This document shows, piece by piece, positions 63,134 to 64,000 of a stretch of DNA of 64,000 bases. The notes under the pieces are model-generated. The model was not told the origin of the DNA and searched no databases. It saw only the letters and a list, made by a program, of their open reading frames with translations. The position numbers and the translations under genes were made by a program. Origin of the DNA: Negaprion brevirostris (taxonomy: Eukaryota); contig JARDVH010000073.1 in assembly GCA_030324005.1 (NCBI GenBank), positions 85,454,379 to 85,518,378 on the forward strand, read 5' to 3'. Within the stretch, counting starts at the first letter, position 1; each line of letters begins with the position of its first letter.

Positions 63134-63336
63134 GGACTGGCATTCTCCAGCTTGTGGGATTCTCTGTTCCCGCTGCCAGTAATGCAGCCCTGCCATGGGT
63201 TTCTCAGCGGCATGGGGTGGCTTCAATGGAAATTCCCATTGACAGGGGCGGGATCAGGTGATCCTGTGGCCAGTGAACCCAACGTCGCCTCCTACCATTG
63301 AAAAGAAACGCCGAGGGGAGGTCAAAGAAGTTTGCC
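63134..63336. mobile_element. Harbinger-type MITE (family of 59477)
   Basis: gggattctctgttcccgc..aatggaaattcccattgaca core shared with 59505-59610. Confidence 0.65.
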
Positions 63337-64000
63337 TTTGATCTCAGATACTCAAAGGTTCAAAGAAAGGCATCATCTACAAGACATGAAAATAATCAAA
63401 ATTCTAAATAGGAGATTGTCTTGTTGCTCAAATAATCCCGAAACAGTGGAAAGGAAATATACAGAAGAAGGTCATTGGGCTCAAAATGACCATTGTTTGA
63501 AAGACCAGCCCACCTATACACTTTCTTGTCATATCTCTTAATTCATTCTCTTCCCAGAGTCACATCTAATTGCCTCTAAAACCTGAAATGGCAAAGCATA
63601 CTCGTTTACCATTCTTTTAATTCATCTTGTATTAAAAATGTTTGCCTGGTTTTCACTCCATACAGATCACAAACTTCCCTCATTCTCCTTAATCTTCCTA
63701 ATATCTATAGTACCACAAATCACCGCATCTTCCTCCAACTGCTCTCCTCTACAATCCACTTCTGTTGTACGGCTTTCTCCAGGCTTTGTTCTTATCCGTC
63801 ACAACAAAGACATTGGGGCAGATTTCCTCTCATTTGCATTTAGGCATGCATGTTATCTTGATTACACCTAGCTCTATTGCATACCTATTCCAACGTTCCA
63901 AAAAATTGTTTGTTACACTTTTCAATTTGCCTGAAATTGGAATTACCCATGTCAATGATTGCAGAATGTTAAATGTGAAGATATAGTGTCAATCAAGTTA

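Overview
Eukaryotic, repeat-rich, gap-ridden scaffold from a cartilaginous fish, most likely a shark. This is inferred from about 20 HE1/V-SINE-type tRNA SINEs, CR1/HER1-type LINEs, Penelope-like elements and GGGC-TIR Harbinger MITEs. The only protein-coding exon I can identify with confidence is exon 9 of fumarylacetoacetase (FAH; minus strand, 6806-6936, [27 protein letters not shown]). No other FAH exon is visible, so almost the whole window looks like one very large (>57 kb) FAH intron 8, plus part of intron 9. Inside it, on the FAH strand, lie several unexplained splice-signal-bounded segments: a 9-nt microexon candidate, a CCAAT/CpG promoter-like first exon next to a 30-bp minisatellite, phase-1 cassette candidates, and a terminal exon with AATAAA. 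Also present are fold-back hairpins built from Penelope termini, decayed hammerhead cores, and an ancient coding-like segment of unknown origin. All repeat calls are by eye and their boundaries are approximate.
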